IMG/VR virus record: IMGVR_UViG_3300033273_000513
Span: 1 to 64,000 of that record
Direction: 5' to 3' (one strand)
Length of the DNA: 64,000 bases
Source: a virus
Positions 8,700 through 18,325 of the stretch are shown here, piece by piece (the stretch's first letter is position 1; each line of letters begins with the position of its first letter). The notes beneath the pieces were generated by a model. It worked only from the letters and a program-made list of their open reading frames with translations, searched no databases and was not told the DNA's origin. The position numbers were made by a program, and so were the translations under genes.

Positions 8700-9632
8700 A
8701 TGTCTTTTTCTAATCTCAAAAAACAATCCAACCTTGGTTCTCTGACTGCCAAACTGGTGCAGCAGGTGGAAAAAATGAATAAGACTTCTGGTAGTGGGGA
8801 CGATCGTCTCTGGAAACCTGAAGTTGATAAAGCTGGTAATGGTTATGCCGTTATCCGTTTCCTGCCCGCCCCCGATGGTGAGGACCTGCCTTGGGCGAAA
8901 CTCTACACTCACGCCTTCCAAGGACCTGGTGGTTGGTATATCGAGAACTCTCTGACCACTCTGGGTCAGAAAGATCCCGTGTCTGAATACAACTCCCAAC
9001 TCTGGAACTCTGGTATTGAGTCCGACAAGGAGATTGCACGTAAACAAAAACGTAAACTCTCCTACTACGCCAACATCTATGTGGTGAAGGATTCTGCCAA
9101 TCCTCACAATGAGGGTCAGGTGTTCCTCTACAAGTTCGGTAAGAAGATCTTTGACAAGATCACCGCAGCAATGCAACCCGAGTTTGAAGATGAGGATCCC
9201 ATCAACCCCTTCGACTTCTGGGCTGGTGCAAACTTCAAACTGAAGATCAAAAAGGTCGCTGGTTACTGGAACTATGACAGTTCTGAATTTGATCGTCAGT
9301 CTGCACTCCTGGATGATGACGATGCAATGGAAGCCATCTGGAAGAAAGAATACTCTCTTGCAGAACTGGTTGCTCCTGATCAGTTCAAGTCCTATGACGA
9401 ACTGAAGAAGCGTCTGGATTACGTTCTGGGTAATGCACCCTCCCGTAGTCAAGTCAATGAGGACCTGGAGGATGAGTCTGAAGGTCGTGGGTCATTCACC
9501 CCTGACTTCAAGTCTTCGACGCCTCCTGCACCCTCTGACGGTGGTTTTAATGACCCCGACATCACACCCTCCAACACCAGTGAGGATGAGGACGATGCAC
9601 TGTCCTACTTCGCTAAACTGGCTGAGGAGTGA
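8700..9632 (+). CDS. gp32: single-stranded DNA-binding protein gp32
   Basis: DDRLWKP..GNGYAVIRFLPAP, WYIENSLTTLG, acidic tail DDALSYFAKLAEE. Confidence 0.95.
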   Translation: MSFSNLKKQSNLGSLTAKLVQQVEKMNKTSGSGDDRLWKPEVDKAGNGYAVIRFLPAPDGEDLPWAKLYTHAFQGPGGWYIENSLTTLGQKDPVSEYNSQLWNSGIESDKEIARKQKRKLSYYANIYVVKDSANPHNEGQVFLYKFGKKIFDKITAAMQPEFEDEDPINPFDFWAGANFKLKIKKVAGYWNYDSSEFDRQSALLDDDDAMEAIWKKEYSLAELVAPDQFKSYDELKKRLDYVLGNAPSRSQVNEDLEDESEGRGSFTPDFKSSTPPAPSDGGFNDPDITPSNTSEDEDDALSYFAKLAEE

Positions 9633-9636
9633 TTTG

Positions 9637-9670
9637 AAAACCGCTTTTTAATTACAAAAAAGCGGTAAAA
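9637..9670. terminator. probable bidirectional terminator between convergent gp32 and gp53
   Basis: ACCGCTTTTT...AAAAAGCGGT inverted repeat with A-rich flanks. Confidence 0.6.
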
Positions 9671-9704
9671 AATTTTCCGGCATTTTTCACGCCCCAGGGT
9701 CGCT

Positions 9705-10391
9705 CTATCGAGGAGCAATGATCCTGGGGTTTTCTGTCTTCTTGAGTTTATCGTCGATGTATTGACTTGAAGTCTCATACGTCATATTTTCCTTATTATC
9801 GCGGAAAACCAATTCTAGGTATTCTGGTTTCAAAATATCAATTTCGCGTTTTGCGTCATTTAAGTCAATTTCGTGTTGTTGGTAACTTACAGAGATAATG
9901 CTACTTACGGTCTTTTCGACACCACCGTCGATATATGTGACAGTATGGTCAGCATCAACAAAAACACCCTCAGGTTGAATTAGTCTATTCTGACTATCAA
10001 GAACCTTTTTGGTCTCATAGTGATGAATTTGTGCCAATTGTTCGTTTGTATATTTTTCACTCAGATAGTTAGATAGATCTGCATTTGACATTGGCCACTG
10101 ATCTCTAACATTGGTGATGTTGTTGGTAATCAGAATCACCCAATCAAGATCTGGTGTACCATAAACAAACTCAGCTACGTTATCAGGACGATCATCACCC
10201 TCAACGTTATATTGGTCAAAGAGAATGAATGACTCTAAAACGTCCTCTCTGATGACAGAACGTCTGAAGATGTTTCTGACTTGTGTGTAGTCATAGATAG
10301 ACCTTCTATCATTACCCAGATATGGGTAAGACAGTTTTGGAAACTGTCTGAAATAGGTGTTTTTGATTCTGTTGTTTCCTGAATAAGTCAT
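9705..10391 (-). CDS. gp53: baseplate wedge protein gp53
   Basis: DRPDNVAEFVYG..DWVILITNNI..QWP, IHHYET. Confidence 0.88.
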   Translation of the reverse strand: MTYSGNNRIKNTYFRQFPKLSYPYLGNDRRSIYDYTQVRNIFRRSVIREDVLESFILFDQYNVEGDDRPDNVAEFVYGTPDLDWVILITNNITNVRDQWPMSNADLSNYLSEKYTNEQLAQIHHYETKKVLDSQNRLIQPEGVFVDADHTVTYIDGGVEKTVSSIISVSYQQHEIDLNDAKREIDILKPEYLELVFRDNKENMTYETSSQYIDDKLKKTENPRIIAPR

Positions 10392-11734
10392 TAGTAACCC
10401 ACTCCATTAGCTGATTTAAGAGCACCTCCATATTCGTCAGCATTTGCGACTGGACCAGTTTGATAGTCTGAATCATAAACTGGTCTAAGTTCAGTAAATT
10501 GAAGACTCATACGAACTGCAACTGGTTGAGAGTCTTCATAAGCACTCCAGAACCCGTCAGGTGCATAATCTACGGTGATTGTTCTTAGTGCCATATCATG
10601 AAATCTATTCAAAATCCCTGGATTACCAGGTGTCTGATATTCCAATGAAAAAATGTCAGGTGTAGCTAATAATGCTTGATTTCGATATTTAGGTGCTGCA
10701 CCTTCTTTGAAGAAACGAATAATTCTTCTGATTTGATCACCTTCTTCTTTACTTCTCGCCACCATCAAATATTGAAATCCAAAGTCCCTCAGAACAGGTC
10801 CTTGAAATAATAACTCTGCATTAGGATTAATGATTTTTCCTGTAGATCTTGCAAGTAATGCATCAGGTTCAACCGTGATACCAGCTGCTTTCAGAACTTC
10901 TGATCCGCCTAATGCACCAGCAACTGATATAGCACCCACGGCATCTCCAATGAAAGCGTTAACCCCGCCAGCTGTTGGCGCCTTAAGTTTCATCGATTGT
11001 TTAAGGTTATCGATATTAAATCCGTCTTTGGCAAAGTTAATTAAATCCCCTACCGCATCGCTGGCGGACTTCAACCCAGTCACAGCACCAACACCAAAAA
11101 CATTCAAATCACTTTCACCCCACTCTGCACCGTTAGAGTCACTAACCTTCGGCATCGGAAGAATAACTGTTCCTTTAGATTGTTTTCCTCTAGTGATACG
11201 GTCTCCTGGTTTACTTAAATTTGCACCACCAGTTTGAGCATTTCTAGTATATTCAAATTTATTAATCTGCAAGTGGTCTTGACCCAGATCAATATTGAGT
11301 GGATAAGACATTGCCGTGGACACAAAATTTCTTCCAGAACCATAACGAACCGATCCTGGCGATTGATATTGTCTTGGTCTACTAACTACACCGTTTCTGT
11401 AAAAGTTTCTATCAGCAGTTTCTAGTTCAGTTGGATTAGTTGCAGCATTATTCTCATTTCCAAATTCAATCAAGTACCTAGCATTCAAAATATCATCGTC
11501 AGCTACCTTAATCGATGAACCCGTTGTTCTACCATATCTGGCAATATTATAAGCTTGCTTTGCTTCATCACTGTCCTTAGCAGTTGTCCAGTCGTTTTCA
11601 CTGGGTGCAAGAACTTTACCATCTTTATCAATACGAACTAGTTCAGTGTTTTCGTCAAATCCTTCAAAATAGAAGACAAATTCCGAAACACCTAGTCCGT
11701 CAAGTCCACTGTATTTTTTACTAGCTGCTGCCAT
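10391..11734 (-). CDS. gp48: baseplate tail-tube cap gp48
   Basis: IINPNAELLFQGPVLRDF, LQFTELRP; synteny. Confidence 0.8.
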   Translation of the reverse strand: MAAASKKYSGLDGLGVSEFVFYFEGFDENTELVRIDKDGKVLAPSENDWTTAKDSDEAKQAYNIARYGRTTGSSIKVADDDILNARYLIEFGNENNAATNPTELETADRNFYRNGVVSRPRQYQSPGSVRYGSGRNFVSTAMSYPLNIDLGQDHLQINKFEYTRNAQTGGANLSKPGDRITRGKQSKGTVILPMPKVSDSNGAEWGESDLNVFGVGAVTGLKSASDAVGDLINFAKDGFNIDNLKQSMKLKAPTAGGVNAFIGDAVGAISVAGALGGSEVLKAAGITVEPDALLARSTGKIINPNAELLFQGPVLRDFGFQYLMVARSKEEGDQIRRIIRFFKEGAAPKYRNQALLATPDIFSLEYQTPGNPGILNRFHDMALRTITVDYAPDGFWSAYEDSQPVAVRMSLQFTELRPVYDSDYQTGPVANADEYGGALKSANGVGY

Positions 11735-12228
11735 TAATTTTTTGTGTATACTTTATGTTTGGGAATCATGATTCCGCGCATATCAACGAATCTTTCAGTT
11801 GGAAGTTGAGCAACGTCACTCCATTCCGTTTCTGGAATTTTGTATGGGACGCCCTGAACTCCAGTATACAAATATCGGTGTAATGTGTTTCTAGGTACTG
11901 CGACGGCACCTTGCGCTGAGTTATTTAGAAGACTTATTGCGAGTTCGTCTCTTCTCTTGAGTTTTACATAGTGCAAGTTACAACCTAAGAATCCACCTGG
12001 TTGCATCTCAATCACATATGTGAGAGGATACATGTCATAATATGGTTGTTCTGTGGTTGCATTATAAGTATACTGATATAGATTGCCAGGTGAGAATCCA
12101 CCAGTGTCCATATCATTGAAGTTGAGGTCTGGATTGTTGTCCAGTTCTTCCATCAGTTGTGTACGAAACCATTCACCACTGCGACTGCGGTTTCCAATCT
12201 TATTGGTGATGTTTTGTAGGATGCTCAT
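11734..12228 (-). CDS. gp2: DNA end protector gp2
   Basis: PYYDMYPL, GFLGCNLHY, LHRYL, LPTERFV. Confidence 0.85.
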   Translation of the reverse strand: MSILQNITNKIGNRSRSGEWFRTQLMEELDNNPDLNFNDMDTGGFSPGNLYQYTYNATTEQPYYDMYPLTYVIEMQPGGFLGCNLHYVKLKRRDELAISLLNNSAQGAVAVPRNTLHRYLYTGVQGVPYKIPETEWSDVAQLPTERFVDMRGIMIPKHKVYTKN

Positions 12229-12662
12229 ACTCCGAGTTCCTTCTCTGTCATAATTTTGAACTCTAGTTTTCTATCTGCACAAAACTCTCTTGCAGCTTTC
12301 CACTTTGCTTGATTTTTTGCGTAGTTGATGTTCTCTGTCAACATTGTCTTTCTGGACTTACCTTTAGTTTGAACAGGTTTGACAGTTTCTCTCATTGGTT
12401 TGACTTCAATCACCGCGTTTCGAACTTTTCCATTCTTATCCTGGTATTTGACAAAGAAGTCTGGAAAGTATCGACGAACACGATTCGTTGTTGGGTCAAG
12501 ATATGGGATAAAGAACTCTTCAGACGCCCACTCCATGATATTTTCATTCAAATCACAGTAAACCATGAACTTACGTTCCCAAAGTGACCTATAAATAATG
12601 TTAGTATGATCACCCTTATATTTCTTTGGGTTTGAAGGTTTAAATACCCCTTTATAACTCAT
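12225..12662 (-). CDS. gp4: head completion nuclease gp4
   Basis: YRSLWERKFM, RRYFPDF, IEVKP, NQAKWKAA. Confidence 0.92.
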   Translation of the reverse strand: MSYKGVFKPSNPKKYKGDHTNIIYRSLWERKFMVYCDLNENIMEWASEEFFIPYLDPTTNRVRRYFPDFFVKYQDKNGKVRNAVIEVKPMRETVKPVQTKGKSRKTMLTENINYAKNQAKWKAAREFCADRKLEFKIMTEKELGV

Positions 12663-12692
12663 ACATAGTATAGATGCTCCAGACTATTTATT

Positions 12693-13577
12693 GTGTCCTT
12701 TCCCACTCGCGGTCAGATATATCAAGAACCACTTGATAGAATCAGGTCTACGTTAGGTCGTGTTTCTTTAGACACTTTCTATCAGGTTGTGTTTTCTTTT
12801 GGTAAGGATAGCAATTGGTTCAGAAGACGATCTGGTATTTCTGGATCTTCTCTGAATGCTGGTTTAGATTATAAACAGAAGATGAGTCTTCTGTGTGCTG
12901 AAGCTGAATTACCAGGCACTGGATTCAGTGCAACCTCTGCTATTGGACACTTTCAAGGTATTCAAGAACAGTTTGCAACAATTAAGGATTATCCACCTCT
13001 CAACTTAGTTTTCTATGTTGATGCGGATCACGTAATGATTGAGATATTTGACCAATGGATGGAATATATCAACCCCACTATGGGAAATAGAAGAAGACTG
13101 AACGCATATAAGAGACTTAGTTATCCAGAATCCTACAAAGAAGTCATTCATATTACCAAGTTTGAAAGAGATACATTTAACTCTAAGTCATCAAGAAATC
13201 CAGCTAGGTTATTGACATATGAGTTTGTCAATGTATGGCCGACTAACATGACATCTATGAAGGTGAACTATGGTGGTTCAAATGTGTTAAAATTATCTGT
13301 GCAACTTGCATATGATAGATTCTTCACATCATATACAACTGAAAACGTGCATTCCTTTCCTAATGATACTGGATCTAATGCAACTGCAAAAGATTTGGTT
13401 AATCGACATGCAGGATTTGACAGAACCTTTGGAAATACAGCAGGTCCTGGTACAGATTTTGTAGAACGAGACACTGCAACTGGTGCTAGAATGGATGCGG
13501 GGGGCGATGGACCACTTAGATATGCAAATGGTAAACTTGTCTATGATGCACAAGGAAACATTCAAGATATGTTCTAA
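12693..13577 (+). CDS. tail-tube family protein (gp54/gp19-like tube initiator)
   Basis: LCAEAELPG, FDQWMEYI, YEFVNVWPT, LSVQLAYDRF. Confidence 0.7.
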   Translation: MSFPTRGQIYQEPLDRIRSTLGRVSLDTFYQVVFSFGKDSNWFRRRSGISGSSLNAGLDYKQKMSLLCAEAELPGTGFSATSAIGHFQGIQEQFATIKDYPPLNLVFYVDADHVMIEIFDQWMEYINPTMGNRRRLNAYKRLSYPESYKEVIHITKFERDTFNSKSSRNPARLLTYEFVNVWPTNMTSMKVNYGGSNVLKLSVQLAYDRFFTSYTTENVHSFPNDTGSNATAKDLVNRHAGFDRTFGNTAGPGTDFVERDTATGARMDAGGDGPLRYANGKLVYDAQGNIQDMF

Positions 13578-13599
13578 ATAAATCACTGAGAAAATTATT

Positions 13600-14325
13600 A
13601 TGCCACTGCCGACTATTGCAACTCCCACGTATGAGTTGATTTTGCCATCCACTGGAAAAAAGATCAAGTATCGTCCTTTCTTAGTAAAAGAAGAAAAGAT
13701 TCTGATTCTTGCTCTTGAATCTCAAGATCAATCTGAGATTACCAATGCGGTCAAGGATGTTCTGAAGAAGTGCATCATGACTCGTGGTATCAAAGTTGAT
13801 AGTTTACCTACATTTGACATTGAATATATCTTCTTGAATATTCGTGCCAAGTCAATTGGTGAATCTATCAAGGTGGTCGTTAAGTGTCCTGATGATGGTG
13901 TCACTGAGGTTCCTGTCACCATTTATGTTGATGAGATTAAAGTATCAAGACCTGAAGGACATACAACGGATATTGTCCTTGACAAGACAATGACTTTGAG
14001 AATGAAATATCCATCTTTAAGTCAATTCATTGAAAGTAATTTCGATGTGTCCATGACACCTGAAGAGACTGTTGAGAAGACTTTTAAGGTGATTGCAGAT
14101 TGCATGGATACAGTCTTCACCGCAGAGGATGCATGGGAAGCTAAAGACTATACTGCAAAGGAAAGACTTGCATTCATCGAACAACTGAACTCAAAACAAT
14201 ATAAGGATGTTGAAAGATTCTTCTCAACGATGCCGAAACTTTCTCACTCCGTTGAGGTAGAAAATCCCAACACTGGTGTTAAGAATACTGTTGTACTTGA
14301 GGGTTTAGCTGATTTTTTCGCTTAA
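13600..14325 (+). CDS. gp26: baseplate hub assembly protein gp26
   Basis: MPLPTIATPTYEL..YRPFLVKEEKIL, IRAKSIGE, LEGLADFF. Confidence 0.9.
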   Translation: MPLPTIATPTYELILPSTGKKIKYRPFLVKEEKILILALESQDQSEITNAVKDVLKKCIMTRGIKVDSLPTFDIEYIFLNIRAKSIGESIKVVVKCPDDGVTEVPVTIYVDEIKVSRPEGHTTDIVLDKTMTLRMKYPSLSQFIESNFDVSMTPEETVEKTFKVIADCMDTVFTAEDAWEAKDYTAKERLAFIEQLNSKQYKDVERFFSTMPKLSHSVEVENPNTGVKNTVVLEGLADFFA

Positions 14326-14516
14326 GTATTGCACGAGAGGACTTGGAATCTTACTATAAGATTAACTTTTCTCTCATGCAATACCATAAATACTCTTTGA
14401 CAGAGATTGAAAATATGATCCCCTGGGAAAGGGAAATCTATCTTGCATTACTCAAGGATCATATCGAAACCGAAAATCTTAAACGACAACAAAGAGAAGG
14501 AAAAATGAATGGCTAA
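14313..14516 (+). CDS. gp51: gp51-like hub assembly protein (first ATG 14376; frame open from 14313, possibly reached by -1 frameshift)
   Basis: IAREDLESYYKINFSLMQYHKYSLTEIENMIPWEREIYL; absent from the ORF track. Confidence 0.75.
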   Translation, partial: FFRLSIAREDLESYYKINFSLMQYHKYSLTEIENMIPWEREIYLALLKDHIETENLKRQQREGKMNG

Positions 14517-16098
14517 GATAACTGTTGCTAAATTATTTGAAACAGTTGCTGAGGTTGATAAAAGATCTCAGGTTGCTTTGATGCAGTCTGAAGATAGCAT
14601 TCAAATTTCTGAGAAGACAAGAACAGATTTAGAAAGACTTATTGCGACACTGAGAACAGACTTTACTGATATTGAACAAACGCAAGAGATTATAAGAGCT
14701 GATAAGGAAGAAGACAATACTATCAAAAATTCATTCTTTGAACTTCAGAAGAGTTTTGATGGTTTGGTAGGAACCGTTGACATTCTCCGCACAGACCTTG
14801 ACAACCTGTATCAAGCGTTCTATACTTCACAGATCGTGAGACAAGAACAGCTGGAGAAAGAAGAGGATGCAGTCTTTAAAGAACAGGACGATCTTCAGAA
14901 AAAACGAGGTGGAAAAAAAGAAGGGAGAGGTGTTCTGTCTAACATGATCAAGGGTAAGAAAGACCCAAATCAAATTCAACAGGATAGGAAAAAACAGGTG
15001 AAATCTTTGACTAAAAGTATTTTGAGAACCCTTGGACTCGGTGCCTTAGCTGGTGCTGCCATGGGACTTGGCCCTGCTTTCGCTACTGATAGTGCTGGAA
15101 ACGTCGCTACTGATAGGGATGAATCTTCATCAACACTTACACCATCAAGAGAAGAATTGATCAGACAAACAGAACGTAGAAGTGGTATGTCATCATTCCG
15201 TGAGGATACTGCAGAAAATGCTGCTTTACAAGAATCTGTTCGAGCTCAATTCTCAGTTCCAACAGTGGTTGCAGATGATACGTCATTCCAACAAGGAGTA
15301 ACTGATTTAGCGAAAAAGTATGGTCTTTCAGAAGATGCTTTATATGCGGTGATGGATTTTGAGACAGGAGGAACTTTTGATCCGGCTCAGAAAAACGCGG
15401 CAGGATCTGGTGCAACTGGTCTTATTCAGTTCATGCCATCAACAGCAAAGGAATTGGGAACAACCACTGAAGATCTGGCAAAAATGACCAGAACAGAACA
15501 ACTTGTGTACGTTGACAGATATCTTGCAAGTAAAAACATTCAAGGTGCGGGTGTAGAAGATCTTTATATGTCAGTTTTATTTCCTGCTGCTGTAGGAAAA
15601 CCTAATGATTTTGTTTTGTTTGGAAAAGGTGCGAGTACTTTTGGTAATACAGATTATTCCAAACCAATATATTATGATCAAAATAGTGGATTGGATCTTA
15701 ATAAAGATGGAAGTATCACTAAAGCAGAAGCTGCATCTAAAGTCGTAGAAAGAATGACTAAACCACAGAGTCAAGAGAAAACAAATACATCTTTACAAAG
15801 TCAAGAGAAAACAAATACATCTTTTAACTTTTTTTCTGATCGTGATAAAGATAAATTATACACTCCATCGAATTTTCTTAGAGCATCATATACCTCATCT
15901 GAAGAGGGTAAAGATATTGCATCCTTACAATCAAACAGATCTCCTAGTGTATCCGTTGTGAATTTGACACAAGGAATGGATGGCGGAACTCAAGTTCAAC
16001 AATCAAGAGGAGCTGCAAGATCAAGTTTCACTGCATTATCGAATACCACGAATTCGGCTCCTGTATCATTGATGATTCGAAATACTTTTCTAACATAA
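14509..16098 (+). CDS. hub/tape-measure-like protein with lytic transglycosylase domain
   Basis: N-terminal coiled coil; AVMDFETGGTFDP..GATGLIQFMPSTA..YYDQNSGLDLNKDGSIT. Confidence 0.7.
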   Translation: MAKITVAKLFETVAEVDKRSQVALMQSEDSIQISEKTRTDLERLIATLRTDFTDIEQTQEIIRADKEEDNTIKNSFFELQKSFDGLVGTVDILRTDLDNLYQAFYTSQIVRQEQLEKEEDAVFKEQDDLQKKRGGKKEGRGVLSNMIKGKKDPNQIQQDRKKQVKSLTKSILRTLGLGALAGAAMGLGPAFATDSAGNVATDRDESSSTLTPSREELIRQTERRSGMSSFREDTAENAALQESVRAQFSVPTVVADDTSFQQGVTDLAKKYGLSEDALYAVMDFETGGTFDPAQKNAAGSGATGLIQFMPSTAKELGTTTEDLAKMTRTEQLVYVDRYLASKNIQGAGVEDLYMSVLFPAAVGKPNDFVLFGKGASTFGNTDYSKPIYYDQNSGLDLNKDGSITKAEAASKVVERMTKPQSQEKTNTSLQSQEKTNTSFNFFSDRDKDKLYTPSNFLRASYTSSEEGKDIASLQSNRSPSVSVVNLTQGMDGGTQVQQSRGAARSSFTALSNTTNSAPVSLMIRNTFLT

Positions 16099-16099
16099 T

Positions 16100-16813
16100 A
16101 TGTCAGTCATTACTAAGAACAGTCTGCCAGTAAGTCAGATTACATCAAGTATTAGTGATTCTCTCACTAGAGTAAAGATGAGTAATTCATCCAATAAATC
16201 TCTATTGAGATCCACACTTGCATTATCTCAGAGACTCGATGAAAAGGAATCTGTTCTTGGTAATGAGAGAAGAAAGATAAGTGCAGAGAAACTTGCTGCA
16301 CAAGAACAAGAACAAGTTATGGTTGATGGTGGATATCAACAGGGTCTTAATGATGGATTTGTATCAGGTTTTACTGTAGGAATCAAGAAAGGCGTGGAAG
16401 TTGGCCAAAACAACATCTTTGATCAAATATTGAAAATACCTGGAGTGAAAACTATTTTAGATTCACTCAAACCTAAAAAGATGAATGTGGGTGGTGTTGT
16501 TCCTGGTTATGGAGATCAGGATACTGTTCCTACAATGTTGACTCCTGGTGAATTTGTTGTTAGAAAAGAAGTTGTAGAAAAAGTTGGAGTCGATAATCTG
16601 AAAGCAGTCAACGACATGGATGACAAGATTACTCCGATGGATATCAGTGAAGACACAGATTCTGGCACGAGTGAAATTCTTGTCATAAACAGAACTAATG
16701 TAGTAACACAATCTGTGGTAAATAATAGTGGCGGTGAAGTTGTCCCTGTTCCTATTCCTATCCCTGTGGGTGGACAGAATGACTTTATCTCTTACGTTAA
16801 GAGTATCAGTTAA
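16100..16813 (+). CDS. tail/hub protein
   Basis: GGVVPG..DTVPTMLTPGEFVV motif found in tape-measure-associated proteins. Confidence 0.6.
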   Translation: MSVITKNSLPVSQITSSISDSLTRVKMSNSSNKSLLRSTLALSQRLDEKESVLGNERRKISAEKLAAQEQEQVMVDGGYQQGLNDGFVSGFTVGIKKGVEVGQNNIFDQILKIPGVKTILDSLKPKKMNVGGVVPGYGDQDTVPTMLTPGEFVVRKEVVEKVGVDNLKAVNDMDDKITPMDISEDTDSGTSEILVINRTNVVTQSVVNNSGGEVVPVPIPIPVGGQNDFISYVKSIS

Positions 16814-18075
16814 TGGAAAATAAATTCAGAATTACTGAATGCGAACTCGTGGGAAACGAGGGCACAACTTTAAATGGGAAGTTTAGTCTTCTCAATGGCG
16901 GACCTGTCATAGAATATTACGAGAGTGTCAGATCACCATCAATTAGTATCAATGTTTCTTTTCGTGATACTGATGGTGTGGTCAGTAATGAATCGATCAT
17001 GGGTGGTGAATATTTAAATCTAAACGTAGAATTTGCTGAGTTTGGTAGTTTCAAATTAGATCCAATCAAACATCGAATGATGGTGAATGCTGTCAGAAAT
17101 GTTGAAACAAAGTCAAGTAATCAGACAGCATCATTGGAGTTCATCTCTGTTGAGACAATTATCAATGAGACTGCAAGAATCAATAGAAGATTTACTGGTA
17201 ATATTTCACAGACCGTATCAAGACTGATTGGCCCTAGTGCAGAATCAAAAGGTGTCAGGACAACAAAAGAACTGTTCAGTGAATCAACAGGAAACGCATA
17301 TACTTTTGTTGGTAATCTAAAACGTCCTATTGATACAATTCAATGGTTATGTCCTAAAGCTGCAATCTCTCCTGGTGGTTCTGGTAGTGTGAGTAGTCCA
17401 GCAAAGATCTATGGATTTCTGTTCTTTGAAAACCTAGATGGATACGTGTTCAAGTCTATCGATACTTTATTGAAACAACCAACCGCAGTCAGATATCGAA
17501 AAGAAGAGATTGCCAGTGAAAGTGCTTTCCGTATTCTGAATGAAAACTTCAATCGTAGTAATGACATTGGTATAAATTTGAGAACTGGTATGTATGCAAA
17601 TAAAACCATATATGTTGACATGGAGTCCGCAGAATACTCTGTCACTGACTATACCGTCTCTGAATTAAAACCAACAAATCCACCTAAACTTCCCACTGGT
17701 TTAGAAGAATCTCCGACTCGTTTGATGATGAGAATGAAAGACCCAGGAGCAATGCAAACTGGTGCAAAGAGAGATGAGTTGGAACCACAAGAAAACCTTG
17801 CCGTTTATCAAAACTACTCCTATGCTAGAAACAACTTGTTATTCTCTCAATCTCTGAACATCGTCGTTCCATGTAATCCAACTTTACGAGCTGGACAGAC
17901 TGTAGACATTGATTTACCACTTCCTACATCTGATCAAAAAAGTCTTGGATATGGAACGGATGGAACAGATTTAAGTGGGAAATATCTCATTTCCGAACTT
18001 AAACATGAGATTGGTGGTAACAAGGCACACACACAACTGTCTCTTGTAAGAGACACTTTCACGGCAACCGCTTAA
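16813..18075 (+). CDS. baseplate hub protein (gp27-like)
   Basis: YYESVRSP, FLFFENLDGYVFKSID, LRAGQTV..SGKYLISELKH. Confidence 0.7.
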   Translation: MENKFRITECELVGNEGTTLNGKFSLLNGGPVIEYYESVRSPSISINVSFRDTDGVVSNESIMGGEYLNLNVEFAEFGSFKLDPIKHRMMVNAVRNVETKSSNQTASLEFISVETIINETARINRRFTGNISQTVSRLIGPSAESKGVRTTKELFSESTGNAYTFVGNLKRPIDTIQWLCPKAAISPGGSGSVSSPAKIYGFLFFENLDGYVFKSIDTLLKQPTAVRYRKEEIASESAFRILNENFNRSNDIGINLRTGMYANKTIYVDMESAEYSVTDYTVSELKPTNPPKLPTGLEESPTRLMMRMKDPGAMQTGAKRDELEPQENLAVYQNYSYARNNLLFSQSLNIVVPCNPTLRAGQTVDIDLPLPTSDQKSLGYGTDGTDLSGKYLISELKHEIGGNKAHTQLSLVRDTFTATA

Positions 18076-18097
18076 ATAGTAAAAACCATACACCATT

Positions 18098-18325
18098 ATG
18101 GAAAGCATCGAAAAACATATCGAGAAGGATAAAGAGATCCTTCAGGACCCAACCGTTTCTCCTCAGATGCGTCGTCACACTGCTGATGAACTAGAACATC
18201 TGGAACGTTACGCCAAAGAACACGCAAAAGAAATCGAAGCAGGAGATCATCACGATCCAAGTTTTCTTGAAATGTATTGTGATGAAAATCCAGAAGCAGA
18301 CGAGTGTAGAATTTACGAAGACTGA
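18098..18325 (+). CDS. cp12: Calvin cycle inhibitor CP12
   Basis: C-terminal LEMYCDENPEADECRIYED. Confidence 0.93.
   Translation: MESIEKHIEKDKEILQDPTVSPQMRRHTADELEHLERYAKEHAKEIEAGDHHDPSFLEMYCDENPEADECRIYED

Noticed and set aside
8670-9452. Long antisense ORFs (also 19749-20432, 34161-35090, 47237-47956, 49974-51002, 61027-61713)
   Set aside because: They are shadows of strongly supported plus-strand genes caused by codon bias, with no motifs or RBS.
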